A stretch of DNA of 64,000 nt from Takakia lepidozioides (lineage: Eukaryota > Plantae > Bryophyta), in contig CM060731.1 in NCBI GenBank assembly GCA_030704615.1, forward strand, positions 24,986,001 through 25,050,000, given 5' to 3'. This document shows positions 1-11,149 of the stretch, one piece after another (the first letter of the stretch is position 1; each line of letters begins with the position of its first letter). The position numbers and the translations under genes are program-made. The notes below the pieces were generated by a model. The model had not been told where the DNA came from and did not search any database. It saw nothing but the letters and a program-made list of their open reading frames with translations.

Positions 1-532
1 ACCTCCACCAGAAAGTCGGCACCAAGGCGGGATCAGCTATGGCCACGTACTTTACCATCCGCGACTTGTACTTTATGCGGGCCCTCACCTCCGCAGCTTT
101 GACATACGATTCGAGTTCCGGGAGGGTTGGATTCTTCTCCTCTGACTCCATGTAGAACCTCCGCGCATGTGCCAAATCCTGCTGTATTTTCGTCTGTCGA
201 AAAGCAGCACATAAGATTAGAGATCCTGCTCAACACAATTTCTTCTATTGGGGGAGGAGAGACAAATTAGCTCAACAAAACTGCAGGAGCTTTACCCGAA
301 ATATGTAGTCCACCATGGCGTCGACGCTCAGCCTATACCAGGTTCTGTCTGCCTTTGCCTCCGACTTGCGCAGGAGGTCGGCACTGAGGGAATTGGCAAA
401 CTCTTCCACCCCCTGCCTCCCGACATCCTTCACTCGGAAGAGCATATGGGACAAGTTGGTGGCAATGAAGGCATTCTCAGTCACCCTGCAGTGCCACATT
501 TCCATCAAACAATACTGAAATGGGAATTTTCA

Positions 533-1492
533 TCATATATGAGGATTCGCAATGAAATGACTTCCAAATTCAAAGTCCAAAAGCGAGAGGGGTTGTAGCT
601 TACGAGTTGATGTCGGCCATTGCAGCTTTGAGAAGACTGCGATCTTTGGGCCCGCAACCTTCAGCACAACACAATCGACGGCGAAATGCCAATCGAGATC
701 GTTGGGGTGGGCTTGGGCAATGTGCTCCATCCATGCCAGGAGGCGATGATTGCCGTCCCACACGTAGAACATCTTACCGGACATGTGCTGGAAAAGAGGA
801 TCACTAGCAATCGATCTCTCGAACTCCTCATTTCGCGTTTGCCAATGGGGACCCCATTTGTCCACCTCATCGGAAGTGTGGGCACGGGAAGCTCCGTGGT
901 CGTTCTCAATGGAAACGTAAAAGGCGGCAGACCCCATTCGATATCCATCCCGGAAAGAGAATTTCAGCTTGTCGATATCGCCTGGGAGGGCAGGTCTCAC
1001 CACCTGCAATGACACCAAGCGGCAAAGGGGAATTCGAAGCTTGGCCGGGTACACCATGCCCCCCAGCACCCTGCCAATGTTGCTGTGGGTTGCCTCCAAC
1101 ATCTTGGCAGCGGCCAACTTCATATCCGCCTCAGACATGACGACGTCTGCTGCAGAGGGTTTTCCGGCAGCCCACCAAGACCGCCAAATCCAGCCTGTAT
1201 GCTCCGGGTTTGGGGCCTGGGGATGTCCGGGGAGAATGTCATCCTGGTCAGAAACATCCATGTCGTCCTCCTCAACAGGGTCAGCCACCTGCGAAACCAC
1301 CTCCAGCACTCTCGTCGTCTCTACTGCCCTCTCCCTGGCTTCACCTCGAACTTGCACAATCGGTGCTCTTTCAGGTGTTCTTTCCTCTCCTCCACTCTCC
1401 ACCGTATGGGTAATTGCGGGGGCTGCACTTGCCCGCGATGGTCTAACCGGTGTGCTACTGCCTCTCTCTGTGTGTGTCTTGTAGGGATCCAC
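533..1492 (-). CDS. ParB/sulfiredoxin-fold (ParB N-terminal-like) protein, core exon of a spliced and probably frameshifted gene
   Basis: IPLCRLVSLQVVRPALPGDIDKLKFSFRDGY followed by FYVWDGNHRLLAW resembles the ParB-N pattern ending in DGxHRxxA. Minus-strand splice-like sites: GTAAGC donor ~603, CTGCAG acceptor ~487, GTAAAG donor ~295. A further exon (VTENAFIATNLSHMLFR...) follows. Confidence 0.65.
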   Translation of the reverse strand: MDPYKTHTERGSSTPVRPSRASAAPAITHTVESGGEERTPERAPIVQVRGEARERAVETTRVLEVVSQVADPVEEDDMDVSDQDDILPGHPQAPNPEHTGWIWRSWWAAGKPSAADVVMSEADMKLAAAKMLEATHSNIGRVLGGMVYPAKLRIPLCRLVSLQVVRPALPGDIDKLKFSFRDGYRMGSAAFYVSIENDHGASRAHTSDEVDKWGPHWQTRNEEFERSIASDPLFQHMSGKMFYVWDGNHRLLAWMEHIAQAHPNDLDWHFAVDCVVLKVAGPKIAVFSKLQWPTSTRKLQPLSLLDFEFGSHFIANPHI

Positions 1493-2402
1493 CTCTCTGT
1501 GTGTCCCTCGCTTACATTGGCATCTGTCATTTGGGCACCCCGGGCCTCTTCAGCTGCCTTTTGTCTTTCCTCCTTGCTAGCATTCTGTCTCGTCTGTTCT
1601 TTTGCCCTCTCTTTTGCCCTCTCACGGGCTTTCTGTTTCTTACTAGGGCTAGCAACAGGGGAGCCCTCCAGGACGACCACCTTTGATTGAGGCGAACTGA
1701 CACCCTCGCGCGCACTGCTCACTCCCCCCTCCGCAGCCCGTGACTGCTCTCTCTCGCGGGGATTGCATGTGCTTAGCTTTCTTCTTTTCTTCTTTGCGTG
1801 GCGGGCCCTACTGCATGTGCATGAACAACCTCCATTGCCGGATCTGCTGTCCTCATGTCCTCACGCCCTTCACCTGCCATGCCGCCTGCACCAACCTCCC
1901 CAATGCCTACTCTATCGTAATCTCGTTGCAAGTCCTCCCGTCCACCAACAAAAGATTTAAGTTTGCCCTCTCTCGCCCCAAGTTGGGCGATTCAAACATG
2001 CGATGAGTTGGAGCTGTCGATGATACCACCAGCGTGCCGGGCTCGTCGTCACTCTGTGATTGACAAAAATCGTGAACACCAACAGTGGGTGCAAAAAGCA
2101 GCAGCGCAACCACCATAGCAGCAATCATGTAGCAAAAATGAAAACATAACAAGTTTAGGAAGTATGGAGAGCCATGCAAACAACAATGAAAACAAATGCA
2201 ACCATTGCCTAAGAATGACATGCACAAGCAGCCTTCTCCAGAGCTGCCGGATTTGCACACGCATTGCAAACAATCTAAGGTTCAGTCAACTATCTAAAGT
2301 TCACTCATAAAGCAAAGCCAGGATGAAGATGCAGAAACAAAGCGAGGTAACGAAGCGAAAGCAAAAAAGAAATCGAACAAACCGAAAGCAGAAGTGGCTT
2401 GC

Positions 2403-2765
2403 CTGAGAGTACTCGGCTTCAGTTGGCGCAGGTTGTGAGCAAGACACTGGAATCTCCTGCTGGAGCTTCAGTTTGGCCATGCGAGAGATTGGCCGTCGTC
2501 CGTAGTACAGAGCTTTCAAACTTCCGCCGCGGTCTGGATCTGAGGTCTCTCTCAGGAGAGCCACGCCCTTCAGGCGGCATAAGTCCCAGCCAAAAAGATC
2601 TCCTTTTTTGGGTACATGCCTGGAATACCATGTTAAGCCAAGTATAGCATGAGATTTAGGGTACGTGTCCAGGAAGCCATGCGTCGCCAGCCCGAATAAT
2701 AAGCGACGGCCGTCGACATTTATTTGCCCAACTGCGCAATTTAAATGTCGGATGAAGCCCTCCAT
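2403..2765 (-). CDS. Putative first exon of the ParB-like gene (or a separate unknown TE ORF)
   Basis: ATG at 2765, about 25 bp from the array edge. 121 open codons (MEGFIRHLNCAVG...) end at CAG|GCAAG, a GC-type donor consensus. The link to downstream exons is not proven. Confidence 0.35.
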
Positions 2766-2789
2766 GTCGGAAGAAAATACGAAAAACAG

Positions 2790-5405
2790 TCCCGGAATTT
2801 CCCTCACGCAGGTAATTCGGAAGCGCGCGGATGGAAATCCGGCGCCGAATTTCCATCCGCAGGAAGGGCGGTTCGCCAAATTTCCTTCAAGCAGGTATTC
2901 GGATGCGCGCGGATGAAATCCGGCGCCGAATTTCCATCCGCGCAGGTAATTCGGATGCGCGCGGATGGAAATCCGGCGCCGAATTTCCATCCGCGTAGGT
3001 GGCGGTGCGCCAAATTTCCTTCAAGCAGGTAATTCGGATGCGCGCGGATGGAAATCCGGCGCCGAATTTCCATCCGCGCAGGTAATTCGGATGCGCCCGA
3101 TGGAAATCCGGCGCCGAATTTCCATCCGCGCAGGTACGGGGCTGTGCGGCCAAAATGTTCCATTTCCTTCAGCAGGTAATTCGGATGCGCGCGGATGGAA
3201 ATCCGGCGCCGAATTTTCCTCCGCGCAGGTAATTCGGATGCGCGCGGATGGAAATCCGGCGCCGAATTTCCATCCGCGTAGGATGGCGGTGCGCCAAATT
3301 TCCTTCAAGCAGGTAATTCGGATGCGCGCGGATGGAAATCCGGCGCCGAATTTCCATCCGCGCAGGTAATTCGGAATGCGCGCGGATGGAAATCCGCGCC
3401 GAATTTCCATCCGCGTAGGATGGCGGTGCGCCAAATTTCCTTCAAGCAGGTAATTCGGATGCGCGCGGATGGAAATCCGGCGCCGAATTTCCAGTTTCCC
3501 ATCCGCGCAGGTATGAGGCGGTGCGCCAAATTTCCTTCAAGCAGGTAATTCGGATGCGCGCGGATGGAAATTCCGGCGCCGAATTTCCATCCGCGCAGGT
3601 AGGTGGTTTCGCAATTTCCTTCACGCGGTAATTCGGCGCCGAATTTCCATCCTGCAGGTAAGTCGGATCGGGGCAAATGGATATTCGGCGCCGAATTTTC
3701 GATTCGCCATTTATTTCTGAGTCGGGATTACCCTCCTGGCAGGTATTCCATATAGAATTACCTTCGTGCAGGTAATTCACATACAAGTGACCTCATGCAG
3801 TAATTTCCAGTTGAAGAAATTACCTTTGTGCAGGTAATTCTGGACGAGGAATAACATCGATGGAATTACCTGCAGGAAGGTAATTGTCATCTGGAAATTA
3901 TCCATGCACAAAGGTAATCTTGTATGCGAATTACCTGCCGAGGTAAATTCTTATATGGGAATTACCTGCACGAAGGTAATTCCTCGCTCAGAATAAATGG
4001 CGAGTGGAAATCCGGCGCCGAATATCCATACGGCACTGATATCCGACTTACCTGCTGGATGGAAATTCGGCGCCGAATTTCCATTCATTCACGATTCCGA
4101 ATTACAAAAACCTGCCAGGATGGAAATTCGGCGCCGAATATCCATATGGCACCGATCCGACTACCTGCTGGATGGAAATTCGGCGCCGAATTTCCATTCA
4201 TCCATGATTCGAATTACCTGCAGGATGGAAATTCGGCGCCGAATATTCATATGGCACCGATCCGACTTAACCTGCTGGATGGAATTCGGCGCCGAATTTC
4301 CATTCTCCTGATTCGAATTACCTGCAGGATGGAAATTTCGGCGCCGAATATCCATATGGCACCGATCCGACTTACCTGCTGGATGGAATTCGGCGCCGAA
4401 TTTCCATTCATCCACGATTCGAATTACCTGCAGGATGGAAATTCGGCGCCGAATATCCATATGGCACCGATCCGACTTACCTGCTGGATGAAATTCGGCG
4501 CCGAATTTCCATTCATTCCACGATTCGAATTACCTGCAGGATGGAAATTCGGCGCCGAATATCCATATGGCACCGATCCGACTTACCTGCTGGATGGAAA
4601 TTCGGCGCCGAATTTCCATTCATCCACGATTCGAATTACCTGCAGGATGGAAATTCGGCGCCGAATATCCATATGGCACCGATCCGACTTACCTGCTGGA
4701 TGGAAATTCGGCGCCGAATTTCCATTCATCCAGATTCGAATTACCTGCAGGATGGAAATTCGGCGCCGAATCTCCATCCATCGAATTCCACTTACCTGCT
4801 GGATGGAAATTCGGCGCCGAATCTCATCCGGGGGAATTCTCTGTCTGAGAGGCGCCAATGTGGGTTGGGGGGGGGCCCTCTCCGCCGCTCTGTTGGATAT
4901 TCGGTGCCGAATTTCCGTCCCGGGGGTTTAAAATATGACTGCCATGTTCCGACCCCTCTCCCCCCTCCCTCTCCCCCCTCCCCGACTTCATTGGAAACGG
5001 CCCCGAATTGAAATTCGGCGCCGTTTTCTTCATCTGTGGAGGTTTTTTAATGTCGGCCAGTTTTCGCTCTGACACGCCTCACCTCACCGTCCGGGGGTTG
5101 AAATGTGACAGCCAACTGCAGGCCACTCCCCCCTCCCCGACAGCCAACTGCAGGCCACTCCCCCTCCCCGACTGCACGAATCGCCCGGATGAATTCGGGC
5201 GCCGTTTTTTTCCATCTGGGGATTTTTATGCCGTCCAGTTTTCGGCCTGAACCCCCGACACGACTCCCTTTGGGGGACCGGATGGAAATTCGGCGCCGAA
5301 TCTCCATCCAGAAGATGTTATCTGTCGCACACACTCCGGCCTCTGCGCCGAGGCGACTTCATCCGGGCTTCCTCTGTTGGATGTTGGGTGCCGAATTTCC
5401 ATTCG
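2790..5405. repeat. Tandem array built on the 30-bp palindrome GGATGGAAATTCGGCGCCGAATTTCCATCC
   Basis: Roughly 40 copies or variants, period ~52-54 bp with ~106-bp dimers. Spacers carry CAGGTAATT in the left half and AATTACCTG in the right half, with the switch at ~3720-3985. Confidence 0.95.
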
Positions 5406-5704
5406 GGGGGTAGTAATGTGACGGCACGGTGCGGCTTATCCCCTTCAGCCGTCATCATCCGGACGGCCCCCACTTTCTGACTGCATACCGTTGGCAGTTA
5501 TTGCGCAAAGACGAGGGGCCGCATTCCGGAGACAAGGTTCATTAACACTCTGACTGTGGATTTTTGAGATAGTTGGCTCCCTGGATTTGGATCAGGCTTC
5601 GTCGCTCGGACAAATCGGCATCGCATTCATTCCCATCGCTGCACCCCCTTCTACCAGGGAGCTTCCCCGCACGCCATCCTGGCAGTCTTGTGTGCACATC
5701 TCCC

Positions 5705-8700
5705 ATGGCGGAAAACCCGAGCGCTACAGTGTACTGCCCTCCTCACGAGCATAGAGCTTCATTTCCGTGCAGAGGGGACACCTGCCGGGTGATGGAGAAA
5801 TATCTGTGCGTTCGATACCACCTGAAACCGGGGTCGGTTTTTTTGGAGGAGGAAAGGAAGGACTCAAACGGCCTTGTTGTCGAGAGTATTGTTGTGCTCC
5901 ACGATGATTTCGGCGATGGCAGGGAATGGCGAGTTCCACCATCGGACAGCGTCATATACAGGGCTGTTGGGGACTTCATTTGCCCGCCAAATGCACCGTC
6001 TATCCTGGCGCCTTCCACGAAACAATCCGCGAATCAGAGAGTGGGTACCTCAAAGAGAGAAGTCCGCAACGAAGTAAATCCAGAGCCGAACCCATCCATG
6101 AAGACGACCGAGAACCGGGTTGTTCACAACCTGTCCGACTCAGACGAGGTCATGGAAGTTCCGAGGTCGTCCTGGAGATCAGGCAAGTCCTCAATGGACG
6201 TCAGTGGAGGAGGGAGTCATATTCCCAGCACGAGCACCGCAGTTCGATCTATTCTAGAAATTCTGCGAGGGCTTCACCTGGAGGGACACCGGTCGGAGCT
6301 GGCCGGGCTGGACTACAGCAAGTTCGCAATTAAATCGGTTACATGCCTTCCCGCGACGTCGACGGTAATGTCTTCTTTGAGTTCCCTCCTCGGGCGGACT
6401 ACTCGAGGGCGTCCGGAATGTTGACAGATATGGATAGAAAACATGACGGTCATCCTTGGTGCGTTACCAAACCACCAGCATGAAGATGCTTGATGGTGTG
6501 CGGGTGCGCTACGTTGTTTGTGCGGGCGCGTTGCGGTGTTTCTCCCCAACTTGCTTCCACTTTAAATCCAGAGGTCACAGGAACGAGACCGATTGGACAG
6601 GCACAGCTCACCAACCATTTCGAGCTCAGGAGAAGGTTCCGAACTCCACATTTAAGTGTGCGCATTGCAAAGAACCACCACACTGCATGTCTGTTTGTAA
6701 TGCCAAGCAGTTCTATGTGTTGCACCGTTTCCCTGACCTCACCCGAGCTTGCATACACGTTGGTTCCCATTGTCACAAATTGGCGAGGGGGAACTCGCGG
6801 GAGGCTGCCCACGAAGCAGAGCAGCTCGTTCAGGAGGAGGTTAAGTTGAGACCGGGTGCCAAACCCAAACAGATACAGCTCCAAGCCGCCCATAAGATGG
6901 CATTGGCCAGAATTATGTCGGAAGACGGCTCGGATAGAGTTCCTCTCGACGAGAAGGAAATGGAGGCATTGCTCGAGTCGGTGTCCCACGTATGTTCACC
7001 GAATGTCCGAAACCACATTGTCTCTTGCAAACAGAAAATTGGGCGTGGCTCGGATATGCACTCCATTCTGGAGGTGAAGCGACGATGTGGATATGACTAC
7101 ATTCATGGAAGTAGGTTTCCAGGACAAGGGACTGAGGCAGATCGTTGTTTCGTATCAAAATGTCACGTGTGACTGGCAGTGGCGTCGAACTGGTCGACAG
7201 GATGACGAGTGGGAACTTGTCAAACAGTTGGGTCATGTTCGACCATATCAAGCGAATTACAAATCACCAGTGGGTGACAATGGGTGCACATGTCTACGAC
7301 ACCCACTGCAGGATGCTAATGACAATTGCTATTTGTGAGATGAAAGGAGAGGACACACAATCGGAGATGCTTCTTTGGCAGGGAATAAACGAACAGATGG
7401 CCAAGGCGGGATTGCCCCTCCCAATTTCCGTGGTTTCATGGCGGACAACGCACAAGCAAATTGGGCTGCCATCCGAAGGGTGTACGGGCAAGACCCCAAT
7501 GTTCCCATGGAAGGCAAGGAGAGATCTTGTGGGTTCCATTTCTGCAGAGCCTTTCGCAGTACACAACCAGGCTCGTGGCGCCAGATTTCAGAGAGGAGCA
7601 CCGTTCCATGTGCCTTGCGTGGAAGCGCGCTCCCACCTTGGATGATGCAGAGACACAGTTTGCATGCATACGGGCTTGGTGGACATCGTCAGGTGCTGTA
7701 AGGAAATCAGACGAAGGAGCAATGGTCAGTTGGCTAGCATGGTGGCATTATCGTTTCCTCCAGTTCGGCGACTATATGCGGGAGGTGAGTTGCACGAATT
7801 CGCGTCCCGTTGGATATTATTCTTGGCCATATTTGTAACTTGCTTGTAACCTCAACATGTGCTTGTGCAGGAAATGTGTCTCGACTCCGACACCGACATG
7901 CCCACGACAAACATGGCCGAATCAGTGCACTCTTCCTGGCGTGCCTCCTCTGCGGCGCATCTGGTGGACATCCTCACTGCCACAACGGAGGACATTGTGA
8001 GGTCAATTATGCAGCAATGCAGGTACAACGAGTTCTTGAAAGGGAAACAGTGGGGCTTGGGGCCGGACAGGCAGGAAATGCTGATGCGGACTGCCTCCAG
8101 ATCGAAGAATCCTCGGAAGTGGGCGGCGGCCTTGCGAGAGGGCCTTCGGGACACGCCATTGCTGCGAAGAGGCCAACATTTGGAAGGAGATGTTCATACC
8201 CGTCCAGTGAGACGAAGACTTGACGAGGCACCTGGCGGAGAAGAGGATTCATGGCGAGCTGACAAGAATATTCGCACGCTCCCTCGTGGTCCGGTGATGT
8301 TGTCCGAGGAGGTCTCGTCGAGCACCGGAAGTCCTGCACGTTCAAGATCGCCATCTCCTTTGAGCACAGGGCGCGTGCCCCGGCAACATAACGAGCCATC
8401 TGTAGTAAAGCAATACAACATTCCCATTGTGGAGACAAGAGTGTCGGAGTCACAGTGGAGAATTGCGAGGACATTGCCGGCATTTCGAGGGAAGTGTTGC
8501 GCCATCCGGGTGGATACGAGAGCACGCTGTGGTGAGATGATTCGGAGGAACCCACACGGTGCTGTACCTGCACCTTGTTTCAGCGGCAGATTTTTGACTC
8601 CCACATTTGCTCACGCCACAACGCAGACATTTTGGTTCTGTAGGCACGACATAATGACCTGTGTATTTGGCAAGCCCAAGTACGGGATTCAGGGAATGCC

Positions 8701-9289
8701 GGAGCCTCCGGGCGTCTGGCCTGTTGCACCGGGTTGCAGCCTCTCTCAGAATGAGGCGGATGCTCTATCTGCAGCAGGATTTCGAATGGTGCAACGCACA
8801 GACATCCCGGCCCACGCATTTCCGGTTCCTCAGACCCAGCCATTGCATACTGCTCGGTCCAGTAGAGACGGATTGGACAATTCTGCACATCCCACAATGC
8901 GATTCGGAAGAGTGAAGAGACGACACCCTCCCAACAAGTTGAATGAGACTCGGATTGCCAATGCTCTTGGGATGGCTTGCACTATTCAGAGCTCCGTGGA
9001 CGTACCCCCACCCGGCCTTGGGCGTGTGTATCGGATGGCAACGGCCGGCTCGGCTGTACGCGACGATGTATACACAATTACGATTGGAGTGGAGCCGACT
9101 TGCAACTGTACGGACTTCTCGTTGATGGAAGCAAAGAAGGGTTCGAAGTATTATCCGTGCAAGCATCTGTATTACATTTACCTGAAGAGGTTGAGGATGA
9201 ACGTGACTATTGATGACTTTATTCATGCACCGGCGTTGAGCGTGAACGAGCTGCACAAACTCCTTCTTAGGGATTCCAGAAATCATTGA
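5705..9289 (+). pseudogene. MULE transposase: WRKY-GCM1-like Zn DNA-binding domain + DDE core + SWIM finger, frameshifted in this assembly
   Basis: GCM-like CAGALRC...CAHC...HVGSHCH. DDE motifs WVMFDH, FMADNAQAN, CGFH (CxxH) and TTNMAES. SWIM CNC...PCKH. GT-AG intron 7785-7870 keeps the frame. About five frameshifts (near 6350, 6470, 7165, 7420, 7555). Confidence 0.85.
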
Positions 9290-9444
9290 TGGGGCAAACG
9301 GAATCCTCCATATGGATATTTTCAAATGCATTTTGCTGTATCAGACTTTTTTTTTGCAGTGTAATGAAATGCACCCCAAAACTCCTGGAATGAGGCAATA
9401 TTCCATTCAAACTGAGATCCAACAGAAGCAGTTCTGGGGCCATT

Positions 9445-10068
9445 TCTGGAAAAATGGCGCCGAATTTCTCTTTTTGGGGCCGAAAACTCGCTAAGTCCCA
9501 ACATGCACTGGTACCTGTGTTTGGGAAAATGGCGCCGAATTTCTCTTTTTGGGGCCGAAAACTGGCTAAGTCCCAACATGCACTGGTACCGTGTCTGGAA
9601 AAATGGCGCCGAATTTCTCTTTTTTGGGCCGAAAACTGGCTAAGTCCGAACATGCACTGGAAAAATGGCGCCGAATTACCTGTCATGAGGGGACCTATAG
9701 CCGCGGAATTCGGCACCATTTTTCGCCAGAGAGACCTATTGCCGCGAAATACGTCGCCGTTTTTTCAGGTTACGGACCCTATTACCGCGAAATTCGGCGC
9801 CATATTTGCACATGTCGCTAGGAATTGGCATGAGCGGAAGACAAAATATCATGAGCACAACTGTCAAAAGTGCAATTTTCCCTTCAAGGGCCGAATAATA
9901 TATTTGTTTTTTCTGACACATTGCATTAAATTATTGTTTTTTATTGTTTTTTATTGTTTTTTATTGTTTTTTATTTTCGAAATTTGTACTTCTGCTCATG
10001 AAAACCGATTGTGTTACTACTCTGCTCATGCCGCTCATGCCGCTCATGCTCATGAAATAGCAAACCTC
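9445..10068. repeat. Right subterminal repeats and terminal inverted repeat of the MULE
   Basis: Tandem ~65-77-bp units containing AAAATGGCGCCGAATTT...GCTAAGTCC, then (GCTCATGCC)n GCTCATGAAATAGCAAACCTC. Confidence 0.85.
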
Positions 10069-10257
10069 ATGCAAAGCGGTAGTGATATTGTAGAGCAGAT
10101 TAGAGACCAAATGGCTTCGGCCTGATCTGATAAATCATAATCTGATACTATAACGATACAATCACACTGTGTAGAGAGATCTGAGTGAAGTTTGTGGATG
10201 AATGGATAGTGAAGGAAACCGATAGATTGATGAAGCAAACTAATACTTAATTATCAA

Positions 10258-10757
10258 NNNNNNNNNNNNNNNNNNNNNNNNNNNNNNNNNNNNNNNNNNN
10301 NNNNNNNNNNNNNNNNNNNNNNNNNNNNNNNNNNNNNNNNNNNNNNNNNNNNNNNNNNNNNNNNNNNNNNNNNNNNNNNNNNNNNNNNNNNNNNNNNNNN
10401 NNNNNNNNNNNNNNNNNNNNNNNNNNNNNNNNNNNNNNNNNNNNNNNNNNNNNNNNNNNNNNNNNNNNNNNNNNNNNNNNNNNNNNNNNNNNNNNNNNNN
10501 NNNNNNNNNNNNNNNNNNNNNNNNNNNNNNNNNNNNNNNNNNNNNNNNNNNNNNNNNNNNNNNNNNNNNNNNNNNNNNNNNNNNNNNNNNNNNNNNNNNN
10601 NNNNNNNNNNNNNNNNNNNNNNNNNNNNNNNNNNNNNNNNNNNNNNNNNNNNNNNNNNNNNNNNNNNNNNNNNNNNNNNNNNNNNNNNNNNNNNNNNNNN
10701 NNNNNNNNNNNNNNNNNNNNNNNNNNNNNNNNNNNNNNNNNNNNNNNNNNNNNNNNN
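10258..10757. other. Assembly gap (500 N)
   Basis: Run of exactly 500 N. Confidence 1.
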
Positions 10758-11149
10758 TCCCTCGATGGTCTCTCTACTACCGAGACGGTACATGGCAGTG
10801 AGTGGGGGCAAGAAGTGAGGACCACGGGGTGCATGCAGCCATGGCACACGGGGAGGTGCTCGAGGTTCAGAGGAGAGTTGGCAGCCAAGGCGGCTGTGAT
10901 GGATGAGGTTGGGGTTCTTCTCGGGTTGAGGAGGTCCTCAAGGATGAGATGATGGGGGCAGGATGAGCCTCTGTCATTGATGAGCAGGTGGGAGTACTGC
11001 TCAAGAGGTTGCAACATAGCAACCACTGGACGCGTCCTCTACATCTAAGCCCACTGGACTAAGGTTGCAGTACGGAGGACAATTTGGAGCCTGACATTGG
11101 ACCCATTGTCACCGGAGGAGAGAGACGACGATACGGCGGGTCATGAGGG

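Larger units (their letters stand above)
1..10068 (+). mobile_element. Mutator-like (MULE) DNA transposon, near full length, left end outside the window
   Basis: Transposase at 5705-9289. Right end ...GCTCATGAAATAGCAAACCTC (ends 10068) matches the right end of the TSD-bounded relative at 22473-26887. Shares palindrome arrays and subterminal repeats with that copy. Inclusion of 1-2790 is inferred. Confidence 0.8.

Noticed and set aside
533-1492. Bacterial contamination or a recent bacterial insert
   Set aside because: The gene has spliceosomal-type splice sites and is contiguous with a plant TE. Ancient horizontal origin cannot be judged without a phylogeny.
2790-5405. CRISPR-like appearance (palindromic repeat with ~22-50-nt spacers)
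   Set aside because: The spacers are themselves repeated, no cas genes are present, and the context is a eukaryotic transposon.
2745-5413. Many overlapping ORFs with MEIRRRIS/GWKFGAEF/DGNSAPN peptides (also at 22579-25260)
   Set aside because: They are translations of the palindromic repeat in all six frames.
10247-11026. ORFs containing long X runs
   Set aside because: Artefact of the N gap.
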